From NCBI GenBank assembly GCA_040954595.2, contig CM082582.2, positions 13,824,154 through 13,888,153 on the forward strand: a stretch of DNA of 64,000 nt. Reading direction: 5' to 3'. Shown one piece after another: positions 37,533-53,097 of the stretch. The position numbers and the translations under genes were made by a program. The DNA comes from Balanoglossus misakiensis. Its lineage: Eukaryota; Animalia; Hemichordata. The stretch's first letter is position 1; each line of letters begins with the position of its first letter. The notes beneath the pieces were generated by a model that was not told the origin of the DNA, did not search any database, and worked only from the letters and a program-made list of their open reading frames with translations.

Positions 37533-40500
37533 TAATATACAATAATGAATGCTATGTTTGGAGCATGTCTTGATCCTCACAAACCTTTCGCGTCCACACA
37601 CTAAACCTTATTCATAAGAGATGAAATTTAAATATATAACCAAGTGATTTCATCTCTACCTTAGTGAAAATTTTCTTAAGTGATGTACTAATGGGAGAAA
37701 ATTCTACTGAGCAAATGCTTATCGATTGCGCATGCAACCACATTGATACTATGCATGCTTTAATTGTAACATAACCTCCCAGCGAATCATGATGAAAAAT
37801 ATATACTAATGGTGTATTTCAAACGGTGTCCAATGTCTTTTTAAGCCTTTTTAATTGTTGGGACTAACTACCTGGTATATCGTAGTTGACATAAAAAACA
37901 AGACAAAATCACAAGTAGATGTAAAACAGCTACTAAAGGAAAACAACAATATATCATCGGAGCCAGACTTATACTGTGGATTTGCCGATTGCAAATTAAT
38001 ACCTTAAGAGTGTAATTTATGCTTTCCACAGATACACGCTGACTTCAAGCATCTACAGCAGATTTATTGTGAAGCTATGCTTTTGATTGAATGCATGCAT
38101 TTTCTTGATTACTGGTCATTCGCCTACTTCGATAAAGAGTATACACAAAAGCTTTAGTGCTCCAAGCTTCCTTACACATGATTGCTTATTGATGATTTCT
38201 TCTGCTTTGCAGGACAAAGTTTGCCTCAGTAGAAAATGTTTAGAGTGCAGTGTTGGCAGAGTAAGTTCTTATGAAATGCTCCAACTATACGAGTGTCCTT
38301 TTGCTTTATTATTTTAAAGTCTTATGAGACCTGCTTCATTTGCTGTAACGTCTAGAGCTCCTAAAGCTCACATTTTAATATATTTCTACCACAGGCTATT
38401 TGAACTATCCTTGACTGGTCTGGTTTGAATGCATGTCAGGGCAAGTCACCATTTCTGAGTGAATAACTAAACTACCGAATGCTATCACAAGTAAAACAGT
38501 AGTTACTACCTCATTTCTCAGGATTTTTCAGCATGTATTATTTTTAAACAATCGTCTTATACATATATCAAGCTGTAGCTGTCCTTGTTGTGCTCTATAC
38601 AGACAGCCTGTTTAAGTGGGCAGCGCATATATGGTACAGCGTAACGTACACTCATTTTTCCTTTCCGAAAGGTGCTGATCGTCGTGTCCTGCTTACATCG
38701 AGGACAAGAGTAACGGACTCTACGTTTTAAATCAGGTATGATTATACGTATATGATGTTTCAACTGTAAAACATGAATATTGCCTTTAACGTGTTGTCCT
38801 TACCACTGCTAACAACAGTTCATTTCTGGACAACATGCGTCATAAATTTCGCCTTTCCCTTCAGGAAATTGCGGACATTGAAATTAAACCGTCACTGGTA
38901 CTGGAGAGGCAGTTGACTTATGGGTGACAAGCAAAGCTGGTGTAAAAGTTGTTAGAAATACTGGCTGCAAGTCGAAGAGTTTCGGTAGGAAATATTACGT
39001 ACACTGTGTACCTTGATCCTTTCAGTCACATTGCCACAAATAATACGAAACTCTTGTCCACAAAACATTGAAAAACCTCGTAACGTTAAAAGATCATGCA
39101 GTCTCTGTATGATTCACAGTTCACGTGACCCCCAACATATTGGTTATCACTCACTGGGACTGGGTAAGCCAGTGTGCTCGGCTCAGAAACCTCACAAAAG
39201 ATGTGTTGTCTTCAAGATAACTACTTATGTTGACACAATATTCACATTTATGTTAAAATTTATGGCGGGCTCACTCACCCTTTCCGGTCCCCTGAGATCA
39301 CGTCCTGCCATTGGGGTTTGCATGGTTTCCATTGACATTTTTAGAATTTTCATGAAGTGACCTCTGAATAGAGTTGGACCATTCTATGTGTTGCAATGAA
39401 CGCCATGTAACGCCACCAAGACTGGAGTAAATTTACGTACTTCCTATTTACATTCCTCATTTGCACTGTAGTGTGTGTGCATGCATACCTTGCAAATACT
39501 GACTGAATGCGTTAGTTGCAACCATAAATGTCACCGCTTCATGTTATCACTTTTCAAGGACAGCTGATCTGAACGATCCATCCCCTACACATTCTGTTGG
39601 TTTGAGATGCGAGTGATGCAATGCTTCACAGTGACAAATGAGAAAAACCAATGTCATCCTTTGATGAAATGACATTTTCTGTTTTCAACCAACCTCTTTT
39701 ATTCAAGCAAAATCCTTTCTGCTAGGAATGTGGAACCTATTATATATCTTATCTCATCCAAATCTAAAAATATATATGTGGATCATATGTCCTGTGGTGT
39801 TTTGCCACATATACTTGGTGGTATGCATGCCGAGTAGCTCGATTCTGCCAAGCCTAAGCTAAATGAAAATCAGATTCAATTAGGCTAAGGAACCATTTCT
39901 TTTGGGAGGGATTGGAGAATTTTGAAAAATGTTACAAGTCACGTACGAACATGATGTGAAAGTGTGCCAATGTTAAACAATCCAATCCACTAGCACCAAC
40001 ATTAACTGCCTGGACTTCTTCTTTCAAGCTCTGACTAAAGTACATGCACTCAAATTTGGAAAATACTTTTGAATTATGTGTGACAGTAATCAAGGAAGTT
40101 TTCTAAAGATAATTCTATAGCCACTCAACAGTTTCATAAAGTGGTATGAATAGCATCTAACTAAACCATAATAGGGTTCTGAACAATTGTTAGATTGTAT
40201 TATATACTGTAACCACACTCGAAAAACGCACCAGAAATTGACTTGAAAGAAGCCAAGTGATACATGTTGCTGGATTTTGACACCTTTTTCTCCATTGCCA
40301 ACTTGCCGGGTGTCTGCTGGGAAACATCTTTTTCAATACCTCCAGGTCTCTTAGGATATTAAATGGTCCACCCTGACAATCTTCAATTAGTTATATAGCT
40401 CAGCTAGCATGCTCCTTTTGAACCTTTCTGTGAGGGCGTTATTTCTTTAATTCTGCTACGGTTTGTGTCTGATCGGTTTTGAAATGCACCTAATGTAACG

Positions 40501-43500
40501 TTTGCGGCGATGGCATCGAGTAGTCGCTATTGCCAATCAGCTACGAAAAGGTGTCAGTGTTTCCAACGAGGATGGCAACTTCTTGCTTCTGATATCAGTG
40601 TGTAAAGAGGAATACATGTTTGTCGGTTAATGTTTTACTTTCTGTATGCTTTTAAAATTGATATGTTGATTTGTCATAATTCTACTGGGGGTTACGTTTG
40701 TAACCTCTTCCGTCCCCCCAGAGTGATGATATGTCTTAATAAACTGACTAAGAGACCCGACAGGCAAATTGACTTGCTGACTAGTTGGCTGAAAAATGAA
40801 TGAATGATCTTTGTGGAATAGGTGGAACGCAATATCAGTTTATAAAAATTGGACTGGCTGGCTGGTGATATTTTGTATCAATAGGCCGTATTATTTATCA
40901 GGCAGTACGTCAATACATTTGTTACGTATTATTTTTGTGGCAGAGATAAGAAGTAAGAATATACATGATGAAGATCTGTACATACAAATATATAATTCTA
41001 ACGGATGAGATCAGACCAAATTTGTGATGGTGGAAATTGGCACTTTAAAATACATCGAGATTAATATCTTGACAATTTTCAATTTTAATTTATGGCGACA
41101 AGTTACTTTAATCCCATTAATGGGAGGTTAACGTGCAGAATACATTGTAAGAAACTGCACATATACAGCTATTATTTTCCTTATATACTAACGACTGATA
41201 CATATAAGTCATATATCATTAAATTTATAGTCAAGTTAAGGGCGCACCATTTTCGTATATCTATATTTGCCATTAAAATTGTGACACATTGTGAAACATT
41301 AAAGCACAGTTTTGCTTTTTGCCTTTAGCCATCCACCTTAGAGTTAATTTTCACTCCCAACTGAATAGATTTCATGACAGTGAGAAATAGTCTCATTGAT
41401 GGCCAAACTCTCAGTGGACCACCAATGCTACTACAAACGTCCATTGTAATTTCCACCAAATTGTCGAAACGAGCTAGGGATAGATCGCTTTACTGGAGCC
41501 ATTGTTGCTCAGTTTACAAATCAGTTGATGGACTTTCAAGTAGGCTTCGCTGGAATTATTTCTTAACCATGTAGACATGTAATAGTTTAGAAACAAAGAT
41601 AAAAACATTTATATTGTTAGACATTTCTGCGTGTTTTGCCAAATAAATAAACCCATCTTGATTAGTTTACTGTAAAGGTCAGTTTAGCTCTTCTATGATC
41701 AGCTTTATGCTTGCTTTATTTGGATTGTCCCTGTGAGAAATCTGACTATATCAGTAATAATAATTTCAATTTATGGAGATTTGGAGAGTGATTTGTATAT
41801 AGAAAGTTGATATAGAATTGCAGTTTGCTAAAACAAGGACAAGTACTCGACTGCAGTCTCCACTGCGGACTCAACATTAACCACTGTGTCAACTATATGC
41901 ACTTTCAAAGCCGGACTGAATATGAACTGCTGTGCCAACTATGTAGTCTCAAGGCTAGTCTTAATTTGAACTGCTGTGAAAAATAAGCTGTGCTAAATGG
42001 ACCTAGAGCAAAAACGGTAAAACAGAGGAGGATTAGGCCTTGATAACAGTCGCTACGAGGAACGGAAAACTGACTCATTCGATCTCGTCAAATTGCGAAC
42101 AGGCACACTTGGCATTGTCAGTCAGTATTTTATCTGTATGTTCACGATACCATTGCCATAGTAACTGCATTGTATGACCTGACAGCCATTAAATTTGAAA
42201 AGGATTAACAGCACTCCATAGGAGCTACATGTATAAAGCGCCTTATTTGGGGTGGGGAGTTACAATTTTAGTTACCCTGGCAACGACTAATATAACTCAA
42301 TGTATTAGTCTGGATTGTGATAAATTTTTCTAGTAGAATTATTACCATTTCATCAAACAATGTTGTAACTCTCAGCAATTATTTTTTGGAGTATTTTTGC
42401 TGTTTGGAGATTCAGCCTTGTCCTAAAATTGAAAATTCCAGTGCGTGAGAATAAGTACATGTGACAGTCAGTTGACGGAATCGTCTGTGTACGACAATTT
42501 TCAATAAAAGTAATGGCAAATGTAATCCCAAGTGGTTTTGTGGAATTGGAATTCTAAAGCCCAGTTATGTGTACATTTTCTCATCATCCCGCTGACAGAT
42601 ATACACTTAGGGGCCGACCACTAGATCTTGGAAGGGGTGGGTAGGTCGAAGAGAGTTGACAAATGATAAGCACTATATTGATTTATGTAAATATTTGCAA
42701 ACAAGATGTCAATGTCATGCCATCGCAGTCATTATGTCACTGTTCACTTAAAATAATTTTGTACATACCGGTAGTTATTATAATTTTAACTGGTTTGATT
42801 TCTAGTGTATCAATGCTAAGGAAAAATTATCCAGGTTTTGTAAAATATTAACTTTTGAATACAGTACACAGTGACATTAATGTTTAAGGGCTTGCAAGTA
42901 ATTTGTGATTTGTCTTCATTTATTTTCTGTTTCATACCCCCTCTGAAGATAATGGCAGATCCTTAAATGAATACATTTGCAAACTTCAATGTAAAGACTA
43001 CTTTGCCCTAAGGGGTTTTCAAACATATCCATTGCATATGTTTTCTTCAAACAAGAACATTGGGTATCAATAACAACCACAATTCATTGCAACTTCCGAA
43101 ATCCCAAGATGTCTTTTTCAAAGAGGCAATAATACCGATTGAGGATTCTTTTTGCAGTCATGGATATCACTTGAAAGAAGTGGTGATTGACAAGCGTTGT
43201 AGTGACGCTAATACACAAATAGCGGGTGCACAAAGTGTCGTAAACGGCAACAACGGAAATCAATTTAATGAATCGTATAACCTATTTATTGACATGGAAT
43301 ATTTAATTGTACCAGGGAGGCTTGACCCTGTCTTTTATGCTATATGTGTTTATCAGTCACATTTTAATGGTATTTATTGATGTCATGCGTTATTGAATAA
43401 TGATTCAGATGCCAAACGCAAACTCACAATACATGTAGATCTGGACCTATTTATTACGCATATCAACTAATGTCTCACTTTATTTCCTACTTGAACTATG

Positions 43501-46357
43501 GGAATCAGGCTTGCCATTTTTGTCATTTCTTACAAGTGTCGGTGCCATGATATGGTTCTTTTGAATGGAATTAAGCATATAACAGTAGTATCTATGATGA
43601 GAGAGTTGGATAACTGAGTGAAAGTACATTTGTGCAAATTTGTGTCATGTTACAATGCTCTAAGCTTGCTTGGGATAACCCAGTGGTTTGCACAAGGACA
43701 TCTGTTGTTGAGGATGCCTGAAATCTGTCAAAGTTGTCGGAGATATTGGTTAGGGTTTTTATATCACGACTACCATAACAAGAAGTACAGCAATTTTCAA
43801 TCCCTAGTTCTCACATAAGAACACATGTGAACACTGAATGTTTAAGAAGTAGAAATCCTTTGTTTTCCACTGAAACAGTTATCAAGTTCTTCCATTTGCT
43901 TTTGATAACGAAGGTGCGCCTCCAGGCAAAGCTAAGCTTGATGCTAGAGGTATACATTAACAATGTGAAATACAGTAGCATAATTACCACTTTTGTTCTA
44001 CTTTGCTTGAAATTTGTGCAGTTGCTGATCCGAAATTCTTACCAGGTAATGGAAGAGACAAAATTGCGAATAAATTAGTGGCCGCGGTCTTATCTGTCAG
44101 TCAAGTCTGTACAAGGAAACATTTGAAAAGTTCGCGCTTGTCTATCAAAGATTATCTCTGTTGACCTAGCTTTTATAAATGAGGCTTTCCCTTTCAGTTT
44201 AAATCCAATATAAGAGAGTATGTCGACATGTGTGTCTACCAGCAGAGATTCACTGTCCATTTAGAATTATTCAGCATGTTTTTAGACAACATAATGATAC
44301 GGCAGTGTCCATTCTGGTACTAAGCTCCCCCGTGAGGTTTCTGAGCCGAGCAAATAAAGCTGAGAGCGACAGATCCTTTCACCGTCTTATGGAGCGATCA
44401 AAAGAGATTTGTCGTTGAAAATAAAGACGCTCTCATGTCGAAAATATCATCACTATATATTGATTTCTGCCTCCATCAAAATGTTTTAGACTCGTGAAAA
44501 TGGCCCAATGTGCCGTGTGCTTTAGAAACTCCACAAACATGAACTTGTATTTTGACAAATGAATACGGTGCCCTCTTCTAAATTTAGCAAAATAAATCAT
44601 GAATTCATAATTTTAGTACATGCCAGGATCCCAGCAGGATTGGAAAATGTTCTCAAACAGATAAGGGAACAACATTTCTGATTTATGGCTTGTCGGACAA
44701 CATGATCGTTATTTGAAAATGTCTTTAAAAGAAATCACTTTTGCTGTTTAGCCTCACCACTTTGAATGGAAACAGTTTATCTTCCCTTTGACATTTATGT
44801 TTGTTGCATGTTGACAGCAGGACAGCACATCTTCCCACGAGCACTGAATGTGGAGCAGTTTATCTCCCTTCTTTTGTTTTTGCTTCATTCAAGCTCGCTG
44901 TAAACCCAAATTGGATAATAATATCATCACAGTTGCGAGGGGACATTACAGAACGGTGGTTCAAACATCTGAGCCGTGTATCCGGCATTAATAGTTCAAA
45001 TTGCTTTTCACATAAGGTTGGCAGCTGAATTGTCCAGACACTTTCATGAATATACCAAGTTGTTGTTTGACACTAACCAGACACTGGCACATGTATGAGA
45101 ACTCTATCAGAGTAATAATTGTGCGATAGATATTACGAAGAGAAAGGTACAGTCATATACTTTGTGAAAAACACTTCGTTAGGGGTAGCATTTGATATCA
45201 GGAGGGTTGAAATTTGAAAAGAAAACGTTTCCTACTTAAACCACAAATTTCAAACTTGAGTCTGCTACACATGATTTTCATTTCCTTTCACTGCACACTG
45301 TCAGCTTTCTTCAAAGTCTACTTCTGTGCAAAGCCACAATTCTTGTCCAGATAGTCAAACTACTTATATGTGTCTCTGTGCATACTACGTACTGAGTTGA
45401 ACCCGTATGGTCTAAACTAAAGCATTCTAAAGCTTAATCAAATTTTTTACAAAACTAAATCATGGCAAACAAGTTTTTGGAGGGACGAACCCCCCTCATC
45501 TCATATCAGCAAGAAGTGAAAAAAAAACTGCAAAAGACTGCTCATCAGAAATAGTAGCGTTTTAAAAATAGCTTTTGAATACTTAATGCCTCCATATTAT
45601 TTCGAAAAATGTCAGTAATATGAGAACACATTATAACATGATATTAATAAATTCTATCATCACAGTTTGGAAAAAAATCACAACAGAAATATCTATTGAT
45701 TCAATAGACATTGATGCATTTCATCAATTGGCCCATGCAGTCGTATCAACTCTTGAAGGCCGTTAGAATCATTTTCCCATGAGAAGAGAAACATTGTTCA
45801 GAAATTGATAGAAAGTTTTCCTCCACTACGTATGAAATGCTTCATTGTGCGCATTGCCCAACAGAGTAACTGCAATTATCGACTGATTAATAGAAAATCT
45901 GAAATATAACTTTCTAATGATGAAAAGTAGATAGTGATTTGTGCGTCTTTAGTCCGATATGGAATTTGTGATATGAAATGAATTAAAATACTGTCTTCTG
46001 TGTCACTTTAAATCTATGGGGAATGCTCGCTTAACTATAATGTCAATCTGACTCATCTTCATATTTTCATCCTTTCATATATTTGCCTGTTTCTTTTGAT
46101 TTTTGTAGTAACAACACCGATAATGTTTAGTACTATATATTGCCTTTTGAGAACATTTTCAAACCCGAAAACATGAAAGGACCGATTGTGCTTGTAGGAA
46201 TCATGTATTTCCGAGAGACAGCTAAGAGTTTAAATAGAGAAGGAGAGAGTGAGAGACAGGAGAATAATTGTGGGATATAAGTATAGCATTTGAGTTAATT
46301 TGTGGAAAATGAACATGGTTGTATACTCAACACTGCTATTGTACACACAAACACGAT

Positions 46358-46460
46358 TTGGTGATGATGGTGGTGCTTGTGGTGGTGGCAGTGTAAATTT
46401 TGTCTGTTATGGTGACAACAACAACGATTATGAAGATAATGATTATGGTGATGATGACAT
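46358..46460. repeat. GGT/GAT trinucleotide low-complexity tract
   Basis: ggtgatgatggtggtgcttgtggtggtggc...gattatggtgatgatgac read directly. Confidence 0.7.
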
Positions 46461-49400
46461 ACGGGTTTCATATTCAAGACTTCCGTATTCAAGGGTTAGC
46501 CTTAACATTTAGATAGTGGCGAGAGACACAATCGTTTTATTCAAGCTCTACGAGATCACTGTGTGTGTTAGCGTGCAAATGCGTTTGATTGTCAATCTTG
46601 CCATGTCACATCAGTAAGTTTAAACAAAGTTCTTGAAACAAGCTTGGTTTGATAACCTTCAGGTCACGAGTACAAATCTTCGCACGGAATAGAACTTGGC
46701 ACTTTATTTACTACAATTTCAATCTGAATCTCATACTATGGTAACACGCTTGGCAATACCATGGCCTTGGCAAGAAAAATTATATGCTTTGAAATGAGTA
46801 TAGTTAATTCGCATCTCTTGATTCATCCATTTTCCAGATATATGTTTTTGCTTTCGCACACTTGGATTGGCATTAATTTGTGCAACACATGAACGGTGAG
46901 AAAGCAACAAGGCTTACTATCGCGCGCCATTTCTTTTACTTACAAATTATATTGTACTTAAAAATGTTTAGAATCCAAACACTAATTTTGCATTATTTTT
47001 TTTCTTCAGGCTATCCGGTTATACCTCGTTTTTTTGTGTATGGCTTTATGGCATTTTTGTCGGGCATGAACTATACATGTATCTCAAATGCATGTATCTC
47101 AAATCCCTGAAATAATTTTTCTTTAAAATTTCTTAATTGCTTTAACCGATTTCAATCGGTACTGTACCGGTATTTGTCTTATGTTCAACCTCCCAAATGC
47201 TGTTGGATGTCAGTAATTCAACACAAAGGTGACATGAAATGCCTTAGTGTGCCTGAATTCAAAAGTAGATTAGATGGCTGTGCGAGACCAAAGCTAACAA
47301 AATTGGAATGTTTCTATTGAGGTCTTGCTGGCACAGACAAACAGCTGTGGCAGATGGGTGATTTACATGCATTGTTAACTCCGATGCGAGCAAAGCAGAC
47401 CGTGTAGGATATGTTGATTGTTTGTCATCTATCAAAATCCCTCTAAATGTGGTCTAGGGGCTCACGCGATGACCCTTGCTTTGACAATCACTTCAGTAAC
47501 TGCTTGTCAGAGAAATTTGAATTCTGAATTATTGAGGGCTTTCTACCTAAGTAATGACACATTCAACGCCACACAGATTTTAGGCACTACACAAAAAGTT
47601 TTGTTATACTGATATGGTAGGTCAAATATAACTGTGAAGATGTGTTGGCTTCTAGGTTTCTTGTTTGATTCTAACAGCTATATTGCTCCGAGGCACACAA
47701 ACAACAGTGATGTTGAATTTTTAATATCATGTCACTACGGGGAGGAAAAAAATACCGTTTGAAAAACGAGTTGCATTGACGCGTTGCCAGTTACTTCACG
47801 CGAATGACTTGTAATCCAAAGTTGATTGCTTTTGCGGAAAGCATGAAAAATTGTCTGGTTTATCAGAGACCACCTATTACTGCCATGAATTAATTTTCCA
47901 GTCGATTAAAATTCCGGTCACACGAGAACTGATTCACGTTCTTGGATGTGAGAAGTAATCAGTGAACTGCTGCGAGATACCCCAATATTTCCTCAACTCA
48001 TATACTTATCTAATCACTTCATCGCTTGAGGCAGTCGTTGAAAAGTTAATAAAATCTTTATTGACCTTGTTGATTAGGTAGTTTATATTCTATTACTTTA
48101 CGCCAGGCCTGCCATCACCCCAGTCAATATATTATTTCCTATCGTTTGTTTTTAAATCAATGAAGAAGATTACCTGACTCCAGGGTATCAATCGTTTGTC
48201 TTCTATGTACGCTTAATTACAAATCTGACAAATTGACCATATATAAACCAGGCTAGCTGTTTTTTCATCAATGTTTTAGTTAAATTTTGTAAAGCTGTGT
48301 GAATTGGGTCATGTCACTTCTGTACAGCTGGAGAGTTGCCTTAAATATCCTTGATAACATTACTATTAGCCATTATCATGATCATTGTTTTTTCAACCCC
48401 GAAGGACTTACTTTAATACTGCGTACAAATAGTTCAAAACAATCACACAAATGTTAAATGGTGTCGTTCGACATCACTTTTTCAAATGTTAACAGTTCAC
48501 AATCTACAGTCCTCACACATCAGCACACAGGAATGTCTTTTACATGATTTTTTTTACAATATACATGGCGTCTCAAAAGTCTGTTAAAATTATGTTATTG
48601 TCATGTCACAAGCATCAATGCATCCTTTAATCAATGTCACAGGAACATGGAGTTCGTTTACATCAAGCCTATTGTGAGTTCAAATGGAGCTAGTGTAGCA
48701 ATTAAATTGTGCGTAGAAATATCTGTTGTGTTGTTCAATGGAACAGCGATTCAATTTGAAGAGATGCAGACAGTTAATTGCATATGCAAAGTGCGAGGGC
48801 GCATCCCACAATCCTCCCGTATGGTGAAGACGAATGGCTGGCGCGTTGTCGGCTTAGTTCATATACTTACTGGCCACTAATGCCAACGCCGACCAGAGTC
48901 AGTTAAGACTAGCCTGTTTACTTTTCGTGTGGATACGAGAACTCTTGAACTCACAGTGGGTAGTGAGATTGTAGACGCATACCGCTTTGTATTGTACTCT
49001 TAGGATCCCGCTGTGAAAGCCAATACTCGGTGAGTGTGTAAATATACAATGTTTATGTATTCATTTCACGTTGTGGTTTTGTGAGTTGAGAACGGCATCG
49101 TAACACAAATTGCATTAACCTGACCGTTAACTTTACCTGGGTAACGGTTTTTAATTACTGCAAGGATGTTCCAGTATTTTAGAAATTGAGAATAGAATAT
49201 TTTGATGAAACATAACACACAAAAGTAATATTCAAATTACATTCCTCTCGTACATTATTCTTTTAAACAGATTCACCATCCGGTCGCCTAAACTAAACCA
49301 AACGCAAATGTTTCATAAATAGAGATACACCGACAGTAAAATGTTGATCTGCGACCGCATATCCTTGCAAGCATTAAATCACTGGACCTGAAGCATTTCA

Positions 49401-52400
49401 ATCTCCATATTTGAGTTCCAATATGACGTTAATTTATCCACCATTTGCCGTATTGTCCAAGAGAATGTGTTGGTCTTCAGAATATATTTACTGTATATAC
49501 CGGTACAGAAAACCGTCTTAATGTTTTCTCAGTGATCCCTTATTGGCTCGCAATGCCTTTGTTGTATTCACACGACTAACAAAATGGATGCTATCTACAG
49601 ACTACTCAACATTTTTGTTATAATTTCTATGCAAGAGTGTCTTAAATTTGAATTTGGTAGGAGATCGATCACCTGCACCTTTAGATAAAAGGGTGTTTCT
49701 GTGGGAACCAAGCAATAAGATTGTATCACTTCCATTCCTTCGGTTATATTGGGGATGAAGAGTACTGTCTGAATAATGCTGGTCGCTGAACAAATTTATT
49801 GCTGACGTCAAGTTGTTACCCACTTCACTGCAAATAGTCAATTTCCTTGAAACAAAATAAAGGATGCCGTAATATTGCAATTTATTAAATTGCATCATAT
49901 ACCTAGTCCGTTTTCCCATCGGACAGACACGACAATGCGAAATATTTGTGATCTGATGTAAGTCCAGTCAGAGTTTGCATAATACGTAACCATGGTTTTA
50001 TACACGGAATATAGCATTTTCATCGCGATCCATGTTTAAATATTATTTTGCGAGGAAATATTATCACTGGGTCGATGGAAAGAGAGTAAGGTTAACTTGC
50101 TAGCTGAGAGAGATACTATTGAATATGCGTATCGATCGTCCAAACACAGATTACCTTGCAGTTGTGGCACGTCAAGTGTGTGTCCTTGAAACACAAGTGA
50201 TCGGTAAAAAATATTGTTTGACCAAAAAACTTATTGTTCTGCAATATGACACGTTTTCAAACCAGGCAGAATGTGAAGTGTAAATATAGCATTTCTTTGA
50301 ATAAATGTAAGTGCTTACGCTGCACAAATTTTCCTACGCGCGTGTAGCAAAGAATAGTTTTGGTGTATATGCCACATTTGTTACACACAAGTAATTAAGG
50401 TACACGGTATAGTAAAAAAATGCTGATTTACTTAAAGGAGTACAATCATCAGAAACGTACATACACCCAAAAAAGGGAAACTATTAACGGCTTAAAATTA
50501 TTATAAAAAAGAGTATTAATTCTGCATCAATTTTATTTTTGCAATGGTTAAGTCGGAGAGCATGAAAGTGGTGCACGTGAATATGCATTTTCGTCTTTTT
50601 CAATTTGTAAAACATTTCAGTACAATTGATGTAATCCCAAATCCCAATGATGAAAACAGATGTTGGGAAACTAAATTTTCTTTGTGTCAGGACAGTGCTC
50701 TCCAACTCTCCAGGTCGCCAAACATATTGCAGAGTGTTTTTCATTTTTTCTTTCAAAACTAAGTCATATGTTTTGGCATATGTTTTTGAATGATTTGGTG
50801 TTTTATTTTTTTCCCGTCTGGACAAGTACGTTCTGTTTGATACTGTTCTGTTTTGATACGTAGACGACATGAATCATGCATTAATTCAGAGAATCATATT
50901 TTCGATGATGGAATTTCACACTGATGTCTGTTGAATGGGCTGTGCGTGTTAGCCTTATATTTGAACTGGGCATGACGAAAACAAATCTTCGATGTGTTTG
51001 TTACATGTTGCAAATAAAAAGACTGATTCGACTATATGGACAATTTCTTTGATGTTATACCTGTATATCTTTTCAATTTTATTGATTGATTCACGAAAAT
51101 ACAAGTTTCCCCAATATAAGCTATATAAAAATAAAAAACAACAACAAAATAATTCACATAAAATACAGAAACTACTCACACGGAAAAAAGATAATCTAAA
51201 AACTAGAACATCAAAAACAACACCTAAAATGAGTAAAAGGAATGTTCATGTTGCAGACCCACACAAGTTTTGACACAAACTCACTGCAAAGCTATAAACA
51301 CAACTACATGTATAACACGACTTGATTTCAGATGTATGTACCAATGTTAGTAAATGAGAGTGTAGCTATTGTATAAACCAGCTACAAAGTACACCATAGC
51401 GATGATGTTTGAACATATGTAAGGTCTCTTCCTCTACATCTCTATTAAAGCCCCAGTATTTCTCGTGTGTATCCATTTTTCATCATCGAAAAATGCCCGT
51501 TTTTCCTGTACATTCATCATGGAATACTACATAATGAAGATAGAAGAAAGGTTTGGGCAACTGTAGCTATGTGCAAGCTGTAAATATTGCCCGTAACACT
51601 TGAAATGATGCGCGGGTTTGTTTACAACGGAAATGTTGTACATGTCGATCAGCAAACACGCCACTTTGACATTTGATGGTCAGACCATTTTCGGATTTGA
51701 TCTGGTTCCATCGACTGATTTCTCCCATAAAGTTATCTTCCCAAAATTTCGCCGAATTAGTGCGCATGTGCACTAGTCACGTGTGTCAACAGAGCCTGAC
51801 TTTCTGTTCGGACAGAAAGTCATTCTTCACTCGTTATATTGTAAATTGTATGAGTTTATGAGCAGAGCTGGGGATGATGACTGTTCGATTCAGTATCAAT
51901 TATCATCTACTTTTAGAAATTATAGATGCCGTTTCAAACAAAATTTTGCCCCTACGAGAAATACTGAGGCTTTTACTTCTATTTGCACTACTTTTGCAAG
52001 TTCACTCTCTATAACTACACCCCTTCAAAATTCACCTGAACATGAGTTTTTTTCTTCTTCGTCTTCCTTTATCTGACAAAAATCAATTAAAACATTAATC
52101 CCTTATTAGCTTTGATGTTGATGTCCATATACACAACAATGTTTTCATTCAGGATTGTGTTCATATTAATGGCAAAACCGGCAATGTTTTGTTTCTTGAG
52201 CAATTTGTGTCATTTTGAGTCAAAGTATTTTTATTCTCGAACCTATTTGTTATTTGCCAAAACGTTCCAAAACACAGAAGCACATGCAAATTGCACAACT
52301 AGTTTAGGCCTTGTTTCTTTCAATGAAAATCAATATTTTTGTTGCCGAAGCCATTTTAATATTCAGTTTATCTACTCTGCCCATAGGGCTGATGCTATAC

Positions 52401-52750
52401 CGGTACATATATTAAAACCGACTCTAACCACATTAAATATCCTGTAGCACTTCAATGCACATTCAAGAAGATTGATGGCAGGAATCTACATGTGCCAAAG
52501 CATGCTCAACACAAATGATAATGGTTATGTAGATGACACTTTGCAAAGAAATTAATGTATAGCTGCAGTAAATTTATGTCCATTACCAAGTCTCCCCATC
52601 TGTAACATTCAGATAAGCAAAATAAGTTTTCAGTGCGGTGTGCACTAGCAGTCAGTTTGATCATCGTTCCCAAGACACAACTATTATGAACATTTTCACT
52701 GTGCTCGTAATTAGCTTACAAAAAGAATATTCTGTTATCTATAATATTAA

Positions 52751-53097
52751 AGGGACAAAGTCTCTCTCTCGCTGCCCCTTTTTCATTAATTATGTTTGAT
52801 ACAAGACACCGTTTACGTTAGTCTACATGTGGATATATAGTGAATCAATGTTTGACCACACACAACTTCCATCCAACTTGTAGATACAAGAGTGAAAAAC
52901 TCGCCAAAATGAATAAAAGGTGTTTACCATTTATTCATTTTAGTGAGATTTTCACTCTCATATCCTACAAACGGGATGGTAGATGTTTGTGGTCGAACGT
53001 TGATTCACTATATATCCACATGTAGAATAACATAAAGGGTGTCTTGTATCAAACATAATTAATGGAAAAAGGGCAGCGAGAGTGAGACTTTGTCTCT
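52751..53097. mobile_element. Kolobok-like palindromic MITE (347 bp) with TTAA target-site duplication
   Basis: TTAA-AGGGACAAAGTCTC...GAGACTTTGTCTCT-TTAA. The whole element is one imperfect inverted repeat with arms of about 170 bp. Purine-purine 5' termini with a TTAA TSD are the Kolobok hallmark. Confidence 0.85.

Noticed and set aside
46295-46512. His-rich and Asp/Gly-rich ORFs
   Set aside because: Trinucleotide low-complexity sequence with no splice or homology support.
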